This document shows positions 23,515-36,689 of a DNA stretch of 47,715 nt, piece after piece. The position numbers were made by a program, and so were the translations under genes. Source of the stretch: Chromera velia (taxonomy: Eukaryota); NCBI GenBank assembly GCA_018398765.1, contig JAHBMJ010000420.1:1-47715 (forward strand). Reading direction: 5' to 3'. Position 1 is the stretch's first letter, and every line of letters starts with the position of its first letter. Below the pieces are notes generated by a model that did not search any database, was not told the origin of the DNA, and saw only the letters and a program-made list of their open reading frames with translations.

Positions 23515-26500
23515 TCTCGCTTTTCCTCTTTTCCTTTCTTCCTTCCTTCTTTCCGCCCTTCCCTTCTTCTTTCTTGCTTTCCTTCCTTCCTGCCTGGCTG
23601 CCTTCATTCCTTCCTTCATTCCTTCCTTCATTTCTTCCTTTCTTTCTTCTTTCCTTTCCTCGTTTGTTTGTTTCTCTCTCATACGCACACACATTCGCTC
23701 ACACACCCACTCACTTGCCCACTCACTCACTCGCTCGCTCACGTACACTCTCATTTCTCTCTCACACACACACACACACACATACGTGTGCTGTGTGTGT
23801 GCGCGCGTGCGCGCGCGTGTGTGTGAGTGAGAGAGAAAGAGAGAGAGAGGGTGCGCGTTGACGATTCTTCGAAGCAATGGAATGGAAGGCAGCAAAGGCG
23901 AGAGGCATGCCTGACATTCTCTCTCTGCTGCTTCACTGGATCCCTTCTGCCCAGTCAGAGAGATGCAGAATCCGTTTGAATGAATGTTCTTTGTTGAGTG
24001 TCAGATTCTGGATTGAGTTAAATTCTTTCTCAATCAGGCCCGCTTTCCAACCTTCTTTGCAGGACCTTTCCGATCTCCTTTCTTGCCGCGACTCCTTCGG
24101 GGCCGCGTGCTCGATTCTTCTCTTCATCAAAAAGGTTCGTTGTGCAGCGAGTGACGCTCGGGTACAGAGGCAGCGAGTGGGATGGGGTAGAAAATGACAT
24201 TGCGTGAGATGTTTCTGTCTCAGCCGTTTCAATGTGGGAGACAAGAAAGAACAGGAGGACCGGAAGATTTTTCTTGTATGCTTGACTTTGACCATTGCTT
24301 TTCCGGCTGCCCCTCCCTTCGTTCATGCGGACGGTGTGTGTCCACAGGGTGCCTCCCTTTTCGCTGTCTTTTTTCTAGTCGGTCGGCTGCACTTTCGAAT
24401 TGATGGTGGGTGTGAGGGACGAGGGAGAGATCCTCCCATTGCCAACTTGGATGCGTTGATGATGCAGTACGGACCTTCAGTTCTGTCTTTTCGTTCGGGC
24501 CTGGATAGATCCGTCTTTGCGCTTCTCTCTGTGTTTCCCTGCAAATTTCTTCTTCGCAGGGTCTCGTCACGACGCGGTTGTCGAATATTGACATTTCTTC
24601 AGGTGAGACGGGCGGACAAGCGGGGACAGAATTGAAAGAGGGTGGAAACAATTAAGTGCAAAATTAACGCATTTCTGTCAGGCCACAAGAAGGGCGGGCC
24701 GGGGAAAGCAATTGCACGCAGATTCATTTGGATGTGCACGTGCTCATTGATTTATACACGCAAGCAGTTGTGCTTGGATTGGCGGACAATAGTTTATAAT
24801 GCGACTTAGAAAGTGCTGGGAAGTACCTTTCTCGTTGGTTTCTGCTTTGGGTTCGTGGATATCTCCCTCCTTTCATGTTTTTGTGCACGACTGAATCGTC
24901 CTTTGAACTTCGATTGCCAGTCATTGAGTCCAATCATGAGCGAGAATTGAGTCTTAAGTGATCTATTGGTGCCCTGAAGAAGCACTTTCGCCGTTCTGTC
25001 AAAAGCGGCCGCTGCGCAAATTGCCTTCGTCCTGCTTGCTGATCAGCAATGAAGAGCCTCTTTAATTGTGCGCCTGCTTTTAATTGTCCGGCAAGGGTCT
25101 GTCTTGCAAATCTGCACATCTAATCATATCATGTTCTCGAAAAGCCTTTCTGTGATTCGCTCCCTTTCTTTTTTTCTTCAGGATTCTCTCTGTCTTCAGA
25201 GAAGCTGTCCGCTTTGCTCTCCTGCTTGCCGGCTTCGACTGAAGGACTGTGACTCGGTCAGTTGCTCGGCTGGTCCTCTCTCTCTTCGGTTGGTTGTCAG
25301 TCGGGGAGGGGATCATAATGACCAGCCGTGCAGAGAAGGTCTCTCTCTCTCTCGCTCGCAGCTACTTGAGCGTTCTTCTGTCTGCCAGTCTGGGAGTCAG
25401 GCACAAGGACAGAGAAGAGCAGGCGAAATCTGAGAGTCAGTGGGCCGGCCTGCGTGTTCGAACGTGTGCCTGATTGAAGTCAAAACGAATTGCATCTGGA
25501 CCTCGATCAGTTGAGTGAGTGAGGGATCAGGGTTACTTTCCTGCATGTAGCTGTCAGTAGAGTTTTTTTTTGCTCGCCGTGTATTTATTTTCCTTCCTGT
25601 ACTGAAGGCAAAGAAAACGATGATCCATGCATGCATCCTGCAGGACAGAGGACATCCTCTGAGGTTTCCCTGGACGTTCTTGAAGGCTTCTTCATCGCAT
25701 GCGGGGTGCAGCAGGGGGCGGGAGGCGGGGGGCAAGACGACAATGCCGTCCGACTGAAACGTCTGGAATTCAAAGGTCAGTCTGTGGGGCCTCGCAGGAG
25801 TGACCTTGGGGGCCCGGGGCTTTTGGTCATTCATGCTCTTCCTTCGTGTGTGGCTTGAGTTTCCGAGGGGGTTGGTGGATGAACGTGGATCGACGAGAGA
25901 AAATCAGAAAGATGTCACGGTCATGTCTGTAGGATCTGTTGGTACGTTTTCTCTTCATTGCCTGGAAGGGAGAAAGAGTGCGGTGATTTGCCCGCCTCCC
26001 TCGCTTTGCTGACGTCCCTTCTTCTCGCTTGGCCGTAAGCTTCAATTATGCAATGAATGAGTGAATTGATAAATGTATGAATGCAGACGCAGATGTACTT
26101 TGGCGTCTTCTCCGGCATGTGCCGCCTTCCATCGAGACACTAGTAGTCAGCGGTGAGTTGCTTTCCAGACTGATTGTCTAGCCTTGTGCGCATTTCTATT
26201 GGAAGCGTTGCAGACACCGTGAGTGGAGATGATCGTGGCTGTCTGGTGAAACCAGGCGGCCATAGGAAGGGAGACACACAGAGAAAATTGAGAGTGGACT
26301 CGCTGCCCCTTCTTTGCCTTGTCTGTTGCAGTTTATGTACCATGTACTTAAATTTTGGTGCGCCAGTGCGTTTATCTTCTCTCGTCTCCCTCTTCAACTG
26401 TGCAGTGAAGGTGTTTGAAACAGAAGGAAGAGAAGCGCTTCGGCAAGCTGGTCTTACAGGGGTGCTCTGTTCTCTTTTGCATTTGGACGTGAGCAACTGT

Positions 26501-28927
26501 CTCCTCGGTCCTGAGGGGGTGGACGTGCTGATGAAAGCGCTGGCGGGTGGGGGTCCGGGGTCTTCCTGCAAGCTTCAATCGCTGAAGATGCGGAACACAG
26601 AAGCCGGCCCGGAGGGTGCCAGGGCTTTGGGGGATGCCATGAAGGGGGGTATTCTTTTTTTTCTTGAGTCCCTCGACTTGTCTGATAACAGCATTCAGCA
26701 AGAGGGCCTCCAGGGGGTTGCGGAGGGGGTGGCTTCAAGGGCCGTCCCTTCCCTGAAGAGTCTGGAGCTGCATCAGAACGCAATCTTCCCAAGTGGGGAG
26801 GGGGTGGATGACGAAGGGGCCCCCGAAGGAGGGGCGGCAGGTTTGGCCGGGGGCCCTGAAGGGGAAGATCAGACAGACAGGGTTGTGAGAGCACTTGAGC
26901 TTCTGCTGTGCTCAGGTGAGCTGCTCGCACTTGAACACTTGAATTTGTCGTTGAACAAAATTGGGGATGGGGGGGCGGGTGTGTGTGCGGATGCGATATC
27001 GGCTGGTAAGGTTCCGAAACTCCGTTCGCTTCACCTGATTAGTTGCGGGGTGTTGGTGGCAGGAGTGAGGGCTCTCTCCGAGGCTCTCGGAGGGGGGGCG
27101 TGCACTGGTCTCCAAGTGCTCGACCTTGGCTTTGGGAGTGGGGGAGTTGAGGGGGGGAAGGCTCTTGGCAAGGCAATAGGAACCGGGCACCTGTCGGAGC
27201 TTCGATCTCTGAATATGTTTTTGTGCAACCTGCATGCTGAAGGAATGGAGGGTCTTCTTGTCCCCTTGAGGGAGGGAAAGGCTCCGTTGATTGAGAATTT
27301 GGACTTAGAAGGTAATTCGGTAGATAATAGAGGATCAAATATTTTGGGTGAGGCGATGAGAGACGGTAAAGTTTCGAGACTCCAAAAGTTGAGTTTCGGT
27401 CATACAATGGTAGGCAGTCCTGGTGCATGTGCGTTGTGGTGTGGTTTGGGGTCGGGGAAGGTTTTGTTTCTTGAGATTCTCTCTCTTCAATGGACAGATG
27501 AGAGGGGAGAAGGGGTGGTGACTCTTGCAGGTGTTCTCGAAAGGAGCAGGGAGATTCTCCCTGTGTTGAAGTCTCTAACATTGCTATTTCGTATCGATTC
27601 AGATGAAGGAGGGGGTGTGAGGGCTTTGGGGAGGTCGTTGAGCTCTGAGAATATTCCGTCGCTCCGTCATCTTTTTCTCTTGTGGCCTTCTGACCAGATT
27701 GGGGAGGCACTCGGTGAGGGCTTTGTTGAGGGGGGGGGGCTCTCTCACCATGTCCATTCACGCGTGCGGTTTTGCCAGAGAGGTGATTCGCATGTTGGTG
27801 TCAGGGGTTTAGCAATGGCAATGAAAAACGGCATTATGCAGGGTGACAAGAAAGTGACGATCGACGTCAGGGGTTTTCTGAATATGGGCGTGGAGATCGC
27901 GAGGTGCCTCGGGGAAGGGATCGGAATGGCGGGCGTGACGGGCTTTTTGCCGCTCGTCTCCGATCTTGATTTTGGTGGCCTTAATCCTGCCGATTTGATT
28001 GCGCTGTTGCAAGGGATGGCGGAAGGCGTGGCTGCCGCAGTTCCTTCGGGTGGGAGATTCCCTTCTTTGAAAAAGATCTCGATCTATGGGATGTGGACCC
28101 CTCCTGAAATCTCCCGCGCTCTAGGTAATTTGATTCGTTTGGGCATATTTCCCTCCCTTGAGAGCATTTCAATCCTCCATATGGTAGGTCCCGCTCCGGG
28201 GCAATCTCACCCTCTGTCACCTCTTATGGCAGGCATCCAAGCAACACGCCCCCCCCTGCGAGAGCTAGCACTGGAGGCCCACGGGGGTGTGGGCGACGAA
28301 GACGCGGGGGCCGTTGCCATTGCGATTGCCTCAGGGTCTCTCCGAGGCCTTCAATTTTTGCGCTTAAGCTTGCCTAGAATTGGCGCAGTGGGGGGGCGGC
28401 TTCTTTCGTTTTCTATTGCCACAAAGCAATTGCCGAGACTTCGAGTTCTCGACTTGAGTGAGACTGAAGTTGCGGAAGGCCTAGGGGCACTTGTACAGGC
28501 TGTCAATGCAGAGAACCTGCCTGAAATTTTGGCTCTCGACTTGTCCAGGTGTGTCATTTCTGACGAAGAAGCGACCGCTCTCGCTACCACCTGGAGAGCT
28601 CAGCCACCCCTGGCTACGCTCCAATCGTTTATCCTTGCAGGCAATCCCCTCAGTCAAGGGGGGGCAGTCGCCCTCGCAGCCATGCTCAGGGAGGGTAAGC
28701 TCCCAGGTCTCCGATACTTGACCATCGAGAACCATGCCGTCCCCCCCTTCGGGGCACAACACCAGCCGGGGGTGGGGGCAGAAGGGATGCAGGCCCTCGA
28801 GGAGGCGCTCCCGGGATTTCGTTCCGTACGTCCGGACGGGACTGGGTGGGGATGGGCTCCTCGGCCTGAGTGGGACTCTTTAGAAGGGTGCCTGAAGGCA
28901 AGTGGAGAGAAAATTGTCATATTGTGA
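22813..28927 (+). CDS. Large RNI-like leucine-rich-repeat protein; terminal exon ~26406-28927 is secure, upstream exons (from ~22813) are tentative
   Basis: Repeated LxxLxLxxNxIGxxG units (LESLDLSDNSIQQEG, LEHLNLSLNKIGDGG, IENLDLEGNSVDNRG, LRVLDLSETEV). Candidate upstream exons with GT/AG ends near 22813-22855, 23257-23429, 24040-24134, 25653-25775 and 26094-26152. Confidence 0.75.
23445..23850. repeat. Compound intronic microsatellite (CT)n(GT)n, (CCTT)n, (CACT)n, (CA)n, (GA)n
   Basis: Seen directly. Confidence 0.9.
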
Positions 28928-29302
28928 CTGGTTCTAGGACTGGTTCAGTGGAGCTAGCAGTGGACACTAGAGTGGACACATGTACCATATCAACAACTAA
29001 GTAAATACAGATGCGCTGCATCATGCAAAATGCAAACTCAATCTCTTGCCAGTATAGTGCAGTTAGATCCTGATAAGTCTCAAATGCCAGTAACAACTTG
29101 AAGTCCTACTTATCTCAGAAGTTATCTGCTGAGCTAAATGTAGGCAGGATGCTTTTATATGCAGATTGTGATGTGTTAGATGATGTGTTTTATGCTATTT
29201 TATGAATGAATGTTCTTATATATCTCTCACTATTCTTTCGTCTACTTCCACCCATCGGCGCCCAAACTTTCAAGTCTTGAAAGTCCGCTAAATTAAGCCT
29301 AG

Positions 29303-31531
29303 TAAGGCTGAGAAAAGGTGCATAAGGTGCTGGTGCTGGTGCAAAAACAAGTTTGCACCTTAAATCAGGTGCAAAACAGGTATAAAATAAGGTGCACCGT
29401 TTACTATATGATAGCTAGGTTTCTATGGTTGATTTCTAGTGTTTCTAGCGGCCAAAAGGCACCTCATTCAACGCCTAAAAGCTTTTTATGATGCAACATA
29501 GCTACATAAACTTTTACTGTGCAAAACCACATAAAATATCACTAGAAATGTCAGTGAAAAGACGAAAAGAAAAAAAAAATCTTGCATGCAATTAAAGACT
29601 CTATGTCTCTGACTATATCATGACTTCGGTCTCTTTCTGGGTCTCTTTTTTTCATTTAAAACCTGTTCAATGCTTTGTATGTATGATCTATAGCGTTTGA
29701 ATATGTTTGGCGCCGTTTGTGTGCTGCACCATAGTCCAGTTGCGTTAGACTCTTAGCTTATACGATCCATAAATCCTTCAAACTGCACACGCATGCCCCT
29801 TTGGAGCAAACTCCTGAAGAAAGCAACCACAAATGGTGCATTTTCACGAAAAAGAAAAAGAAGAAAGAATGAAACAAAGGAAGGTTTTTTTGGATTTCGT
29901 CTCTGAGCAAGGGCAAGCGAGGGCCTGATCTCAAAGGCTCAAAGCCCAGCCCCGTCATACCTTAGCTCTCTTCTTCACTCACCCCCCTCCCGAAAACGAC
30001 AACGGAGGACAAAAACTAGACAAGAAAGAGGAAGGAGAGAAAGAAGAAGAGGAGAAAGAAGAGGAGAGAGCAGGCTCTTCACAGACTGTCTCTCACTTGA
30101 AGTCCAACTTGAAAATCGACCTCAGACTGAGTACTATGATGTCTTTCTTCCCTAGAAACTCCCCGGGTTTGATGTGGGCTGGTTGGGGCGGAGGGGAGGC
30201 TTTGGCTTTTGATTTGAGTTTGGCTTTGAAGAATGAGAGAAACATGGACAGAGTCGGACAGGTACGATTCCTAACCCCAGACCCTCTTCTTAATTCATGA
30301 TGTTTATCCAGACTAGCATGTCTTTCTATACCCTCCTGAGCCACCTGCAAGGATCTACGCGGCTGGTACAAGTATTTTTTCCGTCTTCAGATCCAAAAGA
30401 AGGCTCTTTTGAACAGCTTCTCTTTTATTTGCTAACATTTGTGTGAAGCTATCTATCTGCATGGACAGGGCCCCGGTTTATGAAATTGAGAAGTGATTAA
30501 CTGCAGTGACCAGTATACAGGACCGGTATGACTGACAACTTGCAAACGAAGGGATGAACGCCCCTATAAAAGCTGCACTTCCCTTTACAGACGGTCTTCA
30601 AACATTTTGGAAGTACCAAACGTAACGAGAAGCCGTGGTATGACAGAAAGTCAGATACAGATCTGTATGTAAGCATGCAAACTTGACGAGCCATCAGCAG
30701 ACAGAAGTGATGAATGGTTCCACTTTCTGACGTAAAGCAGCAAATTGAATGATCAAACCAATTGCACTCTTACTGACCAAGATAGATCGAGCCCACCGAA
30801 TTTGAATCATAAAAAGCGCCCGGCATCAGGTTTCAAAAGTCCTTACCTACAACCGAGAGGGACGTACCTTCATGTATGCGTGTTCCCATGTGTGTGCCAT
30901 TTCTGCTTCTTTTCTTCATATTAATATGAAAAAGAATATCCATACAGCACTGTGTTGGCATTCATCCTTGATTGCTAAAGGTCGACAAAGCTGTTTTCCT
31001 CCCGGTAAACCGTTTAGCATTGCGCCATTGTTTTACAAACGGACTCAGTCTGCTTACACAGCTTCTTGACTCAAACCTATTGTTCTGATCCTTTTACCTT
31101 CGTGTGCTCCTCGTTGCTATGCGTGTACATGCAGTCGTTTCTGTTACATAGGGCAGCCTATAAAACAGTTCTTATGCTGCAAAGAAAAGAGGTTCTCACA
31201 TGATATAGCTAGACTTGATTTCATGCAGCGCATATGCGTTGTCGAATGCGCATTCGTTTATGCATGCAGTGAGCCTTGCAGCCGATTTTCATCTCAAAAA
31301 TCGGATGATCGGATTTGTTCTGTGCACCGCGGCCCGGCAACACGCGCACGTTTGGGGCCGCGAGGAGCCGCAGGGGCGGGGCCGTGATGCGTTGCATGAC
31401 CATGATGCTGACACTTTTCACCCAATTCCATTCTATCAGGTGCAAAACAGGTGTATCTGGTGCAAAACAGGTGCATCTGGTGCAACTGTCTGGTTTGCAC
31501 CTTTTCTGGGGTACACTTTTTCCAAGCCCTA
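29303..31531. mobile_element. hAT-superfamily DNA transposon, non-autonomous/decayed (2229 bp)
   Basis: Perfect 8-bp TSD AAGCCTAG at 29295-29302 and 31532-31539. Imperfect TIR TAAGGCTGAGAAAAGGTGCA vs TAGGGCTTGGAAAAAGTGTA (15/20). Subterminal GGTGCA(AAACA) repeats at both ends. Confidence 0.88.
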
Positions 31532-32484
31532 AAGCCTAGCGGCCCTAGCCCTGAGTATTGTCAAAATTTGGCCATATACTAGATCTAGCCATAGATTTGA
31601 CTTAAAATTTGACAATCGATCTTCCAATCAATTAGCATTACGCGTAGATGTTAACCGCCTTACAAATTTTAAATGCTTTTCTTTTTCAATTATATTTTTG
31701 AAGAGAATTCAAGTGATTTAAAAGCGCATGGACGCCTGAGCCTAGGCCTGAGCTCAGGTGAAAGAGGACGAACCGCTGTGACTGTCTAAAGCCTAGTGAC
31801 CTAGTGACGGGTCCTAGTCCAAAACATGCTAAATTCTAATTAAGATAAACGGAATGTACTAGCCTGACTCCGACTGCATGAGAAATTGTCTCGGAAATTG
31901 TCTGGGAAATTATAAGAAATCACTAGAAGACCCAGCAGAATCAAGGGCCTTTTCAAGAAAGGAAGCCGGACAAGAAGCTTCAGAAGTGCAGATTTCGATC
32001 AGAGGCCACCCGCCATCTCATCGAGCGCTGCATACACGAGCTTTGTCCATAGAACCTGGCCGGGCCTCGCTTTTCAGAACGCCTCAATAGCATCTCGATT
32101 CGGATTTTCCCTCCTCCCTCCTTCCCTCAGATTAACTGATCAATCGCTTTAATTGTCTCGATCCAATTCGGCACCAACATGCACGAACGGGAGGGAGGTC
32201 GATTCCCTCCCTCCCTTTGCAGCCGCCCTCCCCAGAGCCCTGCGTGCGCAGACCCACAGCCCGCGAGACCAGTCCCCACAACTCCAGGTGGACAATTGTC
32301 ACCCGCACTTTCGAGATTCTCCATACACAAACTCTAGCTGCTGACGCTCCGTGCTGTTTGCTGCAATTACCCTCAGTGTTGCGCCCCCTGCCCCCCCTAG
32401 CGCCTCTACACTAGCTTGCATGTTCTCTCCGCACAGCCTGCTTGGTTGAGTGTCTCCCTGTGCAGCCCACCCAGTCGTCTCTGC

Positions 32485-33260
32485 TCACCTCCAAGCCCCA
32501 GGAGGAACAGCAGGAAGACTTTGCATGGGCCTCGGCATGCCCCCATTGTGAGGTGGAGGAGGCCCTCCCATCTGGTACATCATTGCGGTGGGGCCTGTCA
32601 TTTGCGGCGGCGGGGCGTTGCCCCATATCGCTGCAGGATTTTGGGGGGGGGCCAAGAGAGCGGGCGCAGGCCTGCTGCCACCAAAACCCGGGGACGGGCC
32701 TCCAGCTGCAATCAATTCAGGAAGCAGAAGGCAGACATTCAGAAACGGTATTCTGGGGGGGAAAGAAAGGGGAAAACAGAAACCACTGAAAATGCATACA
32801 CAAGGTAAGGAGTTCGTGAGTGCCAACCATTTCTTTCTTTTCCTCTGGTCAAGTAAAGGTGATACAGAACCTGTGAAGTGTTTATGCATTTAATGCATAG
32901 AGTTCGTCATCTGATGTTCACGCGTCCGACCTTGAATGACCCAGAGACCATTCTAAATTAGCATATCGATGAAATTGTGTATCACAGAGACAAACGCAAG
33001 GGAGGAACGAGGGTAAGAATACAGTTCCTTCAAATTGTGAATACATAATAGATAGATAGACAGACAGATACCCAAAAGGAAAGAAGGAAGGAAGGAAGGA
33101 AGGAAGGAACTGACCAGCCTGTGCCCTGAGGACCCTCACAGACTCCCCCGGCTTCACCAAAGAGAGACCCATCGAGGCAGCCCCTGGGGCCACGCCTCTC
33201 TTGTAGGTCCCCAGCCCCTTCGCTGCACACAAACACACATGCATACACAGACACAGACAC

Positions 33261-33307
<47 letters not shown>

Positions 33308-34591
33308 TCAAGTTTCAGGCACGCAGACAGAGAAAGCATCAGCAGGGCAAGACAGAGGAAAGAAATGAAAGCCACGCAGTCCAAATTGCCTTCACGAAGG
33401 ACTCCTAAAGAAAGAAATGACGAAGAAGGCAGTGTACGTTGACGGTCCAAATCCAACTGCACCTTGCAGCATTCGTGCTCATCTGCCTCCAACACGTCAG
33501 CGAAAACAACCGGCCGTCCTCCGTCCTTTTTCTGGCCCGAGTACACACGCACACCAAAATCCAATTCTCCCTTCACGTCATTCAAGGTTTACTGACCAGG
33601 GTCGCTGGCAATGATTGCCGTCACGTGCGTCTCATCGGTCGGGGGACGGACTGCTCCTGATTGAAGAAGCCCTGCAGACAGAGAGACACGCATATGCAGA
33701 AAATGGAACATGTCTGTATGATATGCAGAATGCGCGAAGGGCTGTGGATGGTTCTTTGATCTATGTATTGCACGCATCTTTTCCAGGTCAACCCATATGT
33801 CCCCAGCAAACAGCAACCCAATGCGCGGCCCATCCCTCCCCAGAGGCGCCCCCGACTCGAAGAAAACAGAACAGAGAGACTGACTTGAGAAAGCGCGTGA
33901 TCACGGGCGAGAACGGCTGCCTTGGGTCACTCTAAGCCCTCAGACTTGCACAATGATTCAACCGAGCGAGACCAACGTGGAGGGATACTCATCTGCCAAG
34001 GAAGGAGGTTCACGCAGAGAAAGATACATAGTACTATATGAATTACATGTGCACTTCAGGATGTAAATGATGATGAAAAACATACACACATCCAGCGCAC
34101 ATTGTGGGAGGGGAATAGTGCCTTCAGCATAGAAGGAAGTTCGTAATCGAGGCAACACGGCAATGAACCCCGTAAAAAAGAAAGCGCGGTTGGGGCAGGA
34201 AGAGAATTCGCGAAGCATGTGCATGCGGGTGGGGAGCCCAGCTCTGCAAGGTGCTCCGAGTGCAGAAAACGCAAAAACAAGAGGTGGAAGAAGAGAAGAG
34301 GGTGGGAGGGCGGAGGGAAGGAGGGAGGGAGGGAGGGAGAGGGAGAGGGAGAGGGAGACTGAGACTGGCAGAGAGCAAAGTAGACGGACAGAACGAGGGA
34401 GGGGAGAGAGAAAAGATGCAAGCAGGCATTTGTTAGTGCCTCGACTGACTTGCCCAGTAGTCTATCTTGTTGTGGATGTGGGGTCTCCCTTGGTTGTGCT
34501 CTCTCCGTGCTCCAGGGGAGGGCCCCAGGTGCTTGGAGCAGTAGTGGCAGTAGAACTTCCTCCGACGCTTCCGTTCCTCCGAATTCGGCAT
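32485..34591 (-). CDS. U1 snRNP C-like (zf-U1/matrin-type zinc finger) protein with Pro/Gly/Met-rich tail; exons 34591-34450, 33671-33597, 33222-33115, 32705-32485, ~181 aa
   Basis: KFYCHYCSKHLGPSPGARREHNQGRPHIHNKIDYW matches the U1-C pattern (KFYCDYC...RKTH..GRKH..NV.DYY). Three phase-1 GTCAGT..CAG introns. The stop overlaps a possible GTGAGC donor, so the 3' end is uncertain. Confidence 0.75.
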
Positions 34592-35322
34592 TTCCCCCCC
34601 AAGGTTATCTGCCACTTTTAACACACGCAGACACCGTATGAGCGGCACAAAAATCGGGATTGGACTATCGGATATAGCAGGCCTGGCACTCGGCAGATCT
34701 AGGGAGTGGGCGTACTCAAACAGAGACGGCGCAGTTCTGGAGCTCTCTTGTTCTCTTCCCTAGCGCAATGAATTGGTGGCCATTTCGCCAGTAAATCGAC
34801 TCGAGCTCAGACCCGATCCGTGTATGCACACCTTGAATCCCGGCATTGAATTCTGTCAGAGGACGTGCTGATCACGGATTCATGCCAGGGGATTCAACAC
34901 GATATATATACCAGCTGGTGGACGTCCGGATCGAATTGCATGAGATGACTTAGGCGCGGCCGGGGTTCCACAAAAATCGGGGACGAATCTTGGGCGCGCG
35001 TAGACGGGTCCGACGATAGAGACGAGAGAGCGGAGACGGCACTGCAATCAGTGACACAATTATATAATTAACTGACTGTCAGAGTCAGGCAGCGATATAT
35101 ATAGCTGGACGCACATGGACGCACACATTGCCACACAAGCCACGAATCAGCCGCTGCTTGGTTATTTTGATATATGCTTGGTTGGTCATCGGTGAAGAAG
35201 CCGTGACTCGCTTCTGTCTCTCCCCTTAGTATTGAACGGCGTTAGACTGAAGGGTCGAAGCATGTGACAAGTTGAACAATTAACGATAGAGCAAGACACG
35301 ATCTCAGTCCTGGCAAGAGCAA

Positions 35323-36105
35323 ATGAGCTTAGAAGGGAAGGTCGCGATTGTGTCGGGATCTTCTAGAGGTCTGGGTGCTGAAATCTGTCGTGCCTTCGTC
35401 AAGGAGGGTTGCTGTGTGGTAGTGAACTACTTCAATTCAAAGGAGACGGCAGAGGCTCTGGTGAGGGAGCTGGTTGCCTCGAGAGACGGAGACATCTGTG
35501 CAGTGGCTGCCTACGGGGACGTGAGGGTGAAGGGTGACATGGACACACTCGCACAGACTGCCCTCGAAACGTTCAAAAAGGGCCTGCACATTGCCGTTGC
35601 AAACGCGCTTGTTGACTATTCTTTTGACCCTGGAAGCTCGGCAGCCAGCATAGAGACCGTGTCGTGGGAACAGATGGACGCGCAGGTGAGAGGAACAGTG
35701 CAGGGGGCGTTGAACCTAGTGCAGGCAGTTCTGCCTGAGATGAAACGGGCACAGTACGGTAAATTGGTGTTTGTGGGAACGAACCTTGTGTACAACCCTG
35801 TGGTGACATACTATGACTACATTTGTGCAAAGGCAGCGCTTGTAAGCTTGATGAGGAATGCAGCTGCAGAGTTGGGGCCTGTCGGAATTCGGTCGAATCT
35901 TCTTGCAGGTGGATTGCTCGACAAGACGGATGCTAGTTCCAAAACAACAGAGGAAGTCTTCCAAGCAGTTGCCAGTGCAACCCCTCTGAGGAAAACAACC
36001 ACCGTGGAGGAATTTGCAGCTGCTTCGGTCTTTTTTGCTTCAAGCGCCTCTGACCCTCTCACCGGGCAGTGCGTCTCAGTAGACGGGGGCCTCACGTTCT
36101 CTTGA
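35323..36105 (+). CDS. Intronless bacterial-type SDR (3-oxoacyl-ACP reductase-like), 260 aa
   Basis: SGSSRGLG Rossmann motif, YICAK catalytic YxxxK, VANALVDYSFD, GTNLVYNPVVTYYDY, GGLLDKTDAS, TPLRK, TGQCVSVDGGL. Confidence 0.92.
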   Translation: MSLEGKVAIVSGSSRGLGAEICRAFVKEGCCVVVNYFNSKETAEALVRELVASRDGDICAVAAYGDVRVKGDMDTLAQTALETFKKGLHIAVANALVDYSFDPGSSAASIETVSWEQMDAQVRGTVQGALNLVQAVLPEMKRAQYGKLVFVGTNLVYNPVVTYYDYICAKAALVSLMRNAAAELGPVGIRSNLLAGGLLDKTDASSKTTEEVFQAVASATPLRKTTTVEEFAAASVFFASSASDPLTGQCVSVDGGLTFS

Positions 36106-36465
36106 GAGATTGACAAATGCATCAGCTAGGGATTGATTTTGCTCCTCTTCTTGTGCTGCTCCTTCTCTGCATGTCTGGCATGATGATGATTAGTTTTTTT
36201 TTTCACTATACCACTGCTCCAGACTGCACGCCCGATAGCTTGTCATCGGAAAAATAAGCATATCAGGCGATTGAGTCTGACCAAAATTCCAGAATGACAT
36301 GCAGGCGCTTTGCAGACACGGCACTCTGGTTCTTTCCAAAGAAGCGCGATGTCCTCTCCGTGGCATGAAACAGTTTCGGTCATCGACGAGCTACTCTTCT
36401 CTCCACAGTCCTGCTTGCAGAAACTTCTTTCTCTGTCCCTATCCCTCCCCCCCTTCCTCTCCCCC

Positions 36466-36504
<39 letters not shown>

Positions 36505-36689
36505 CTCATTTTTTGAACAACAGTCAACAACGGAACACTTGAAATACGTATTGCAACACCAAAGTAACAGTTGTTTGAGACGCTGAAAAAAAAAAAAAAA
36601 ACTGGTTTCTGACTTTTTTTTAACGTTATATACTCCTTGTTCACCTAAGGTGCATGTGCATAGGTGTCACTATATTGAGCATACGTAGG

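Noticed and set aside
9419..34591. snRNP gene cluster (TGS1 plus U1-C-like) or SDR cluster
   Set aside because: The genes are about 20 kb apart with unrelated genes between them, so chance is sufficient.
34830..34900. TPP riboswitch upstream of the bacterial-type SDR (CTGATC..ATGCCAG..GGGA resemblance)
   Set aside because: The conserved GCTGAGA pyrimidine-sensing motif is missing. The stretch is better explained as an imperfect inverted repeat (TTGAATCCC..GGGATTCAA).
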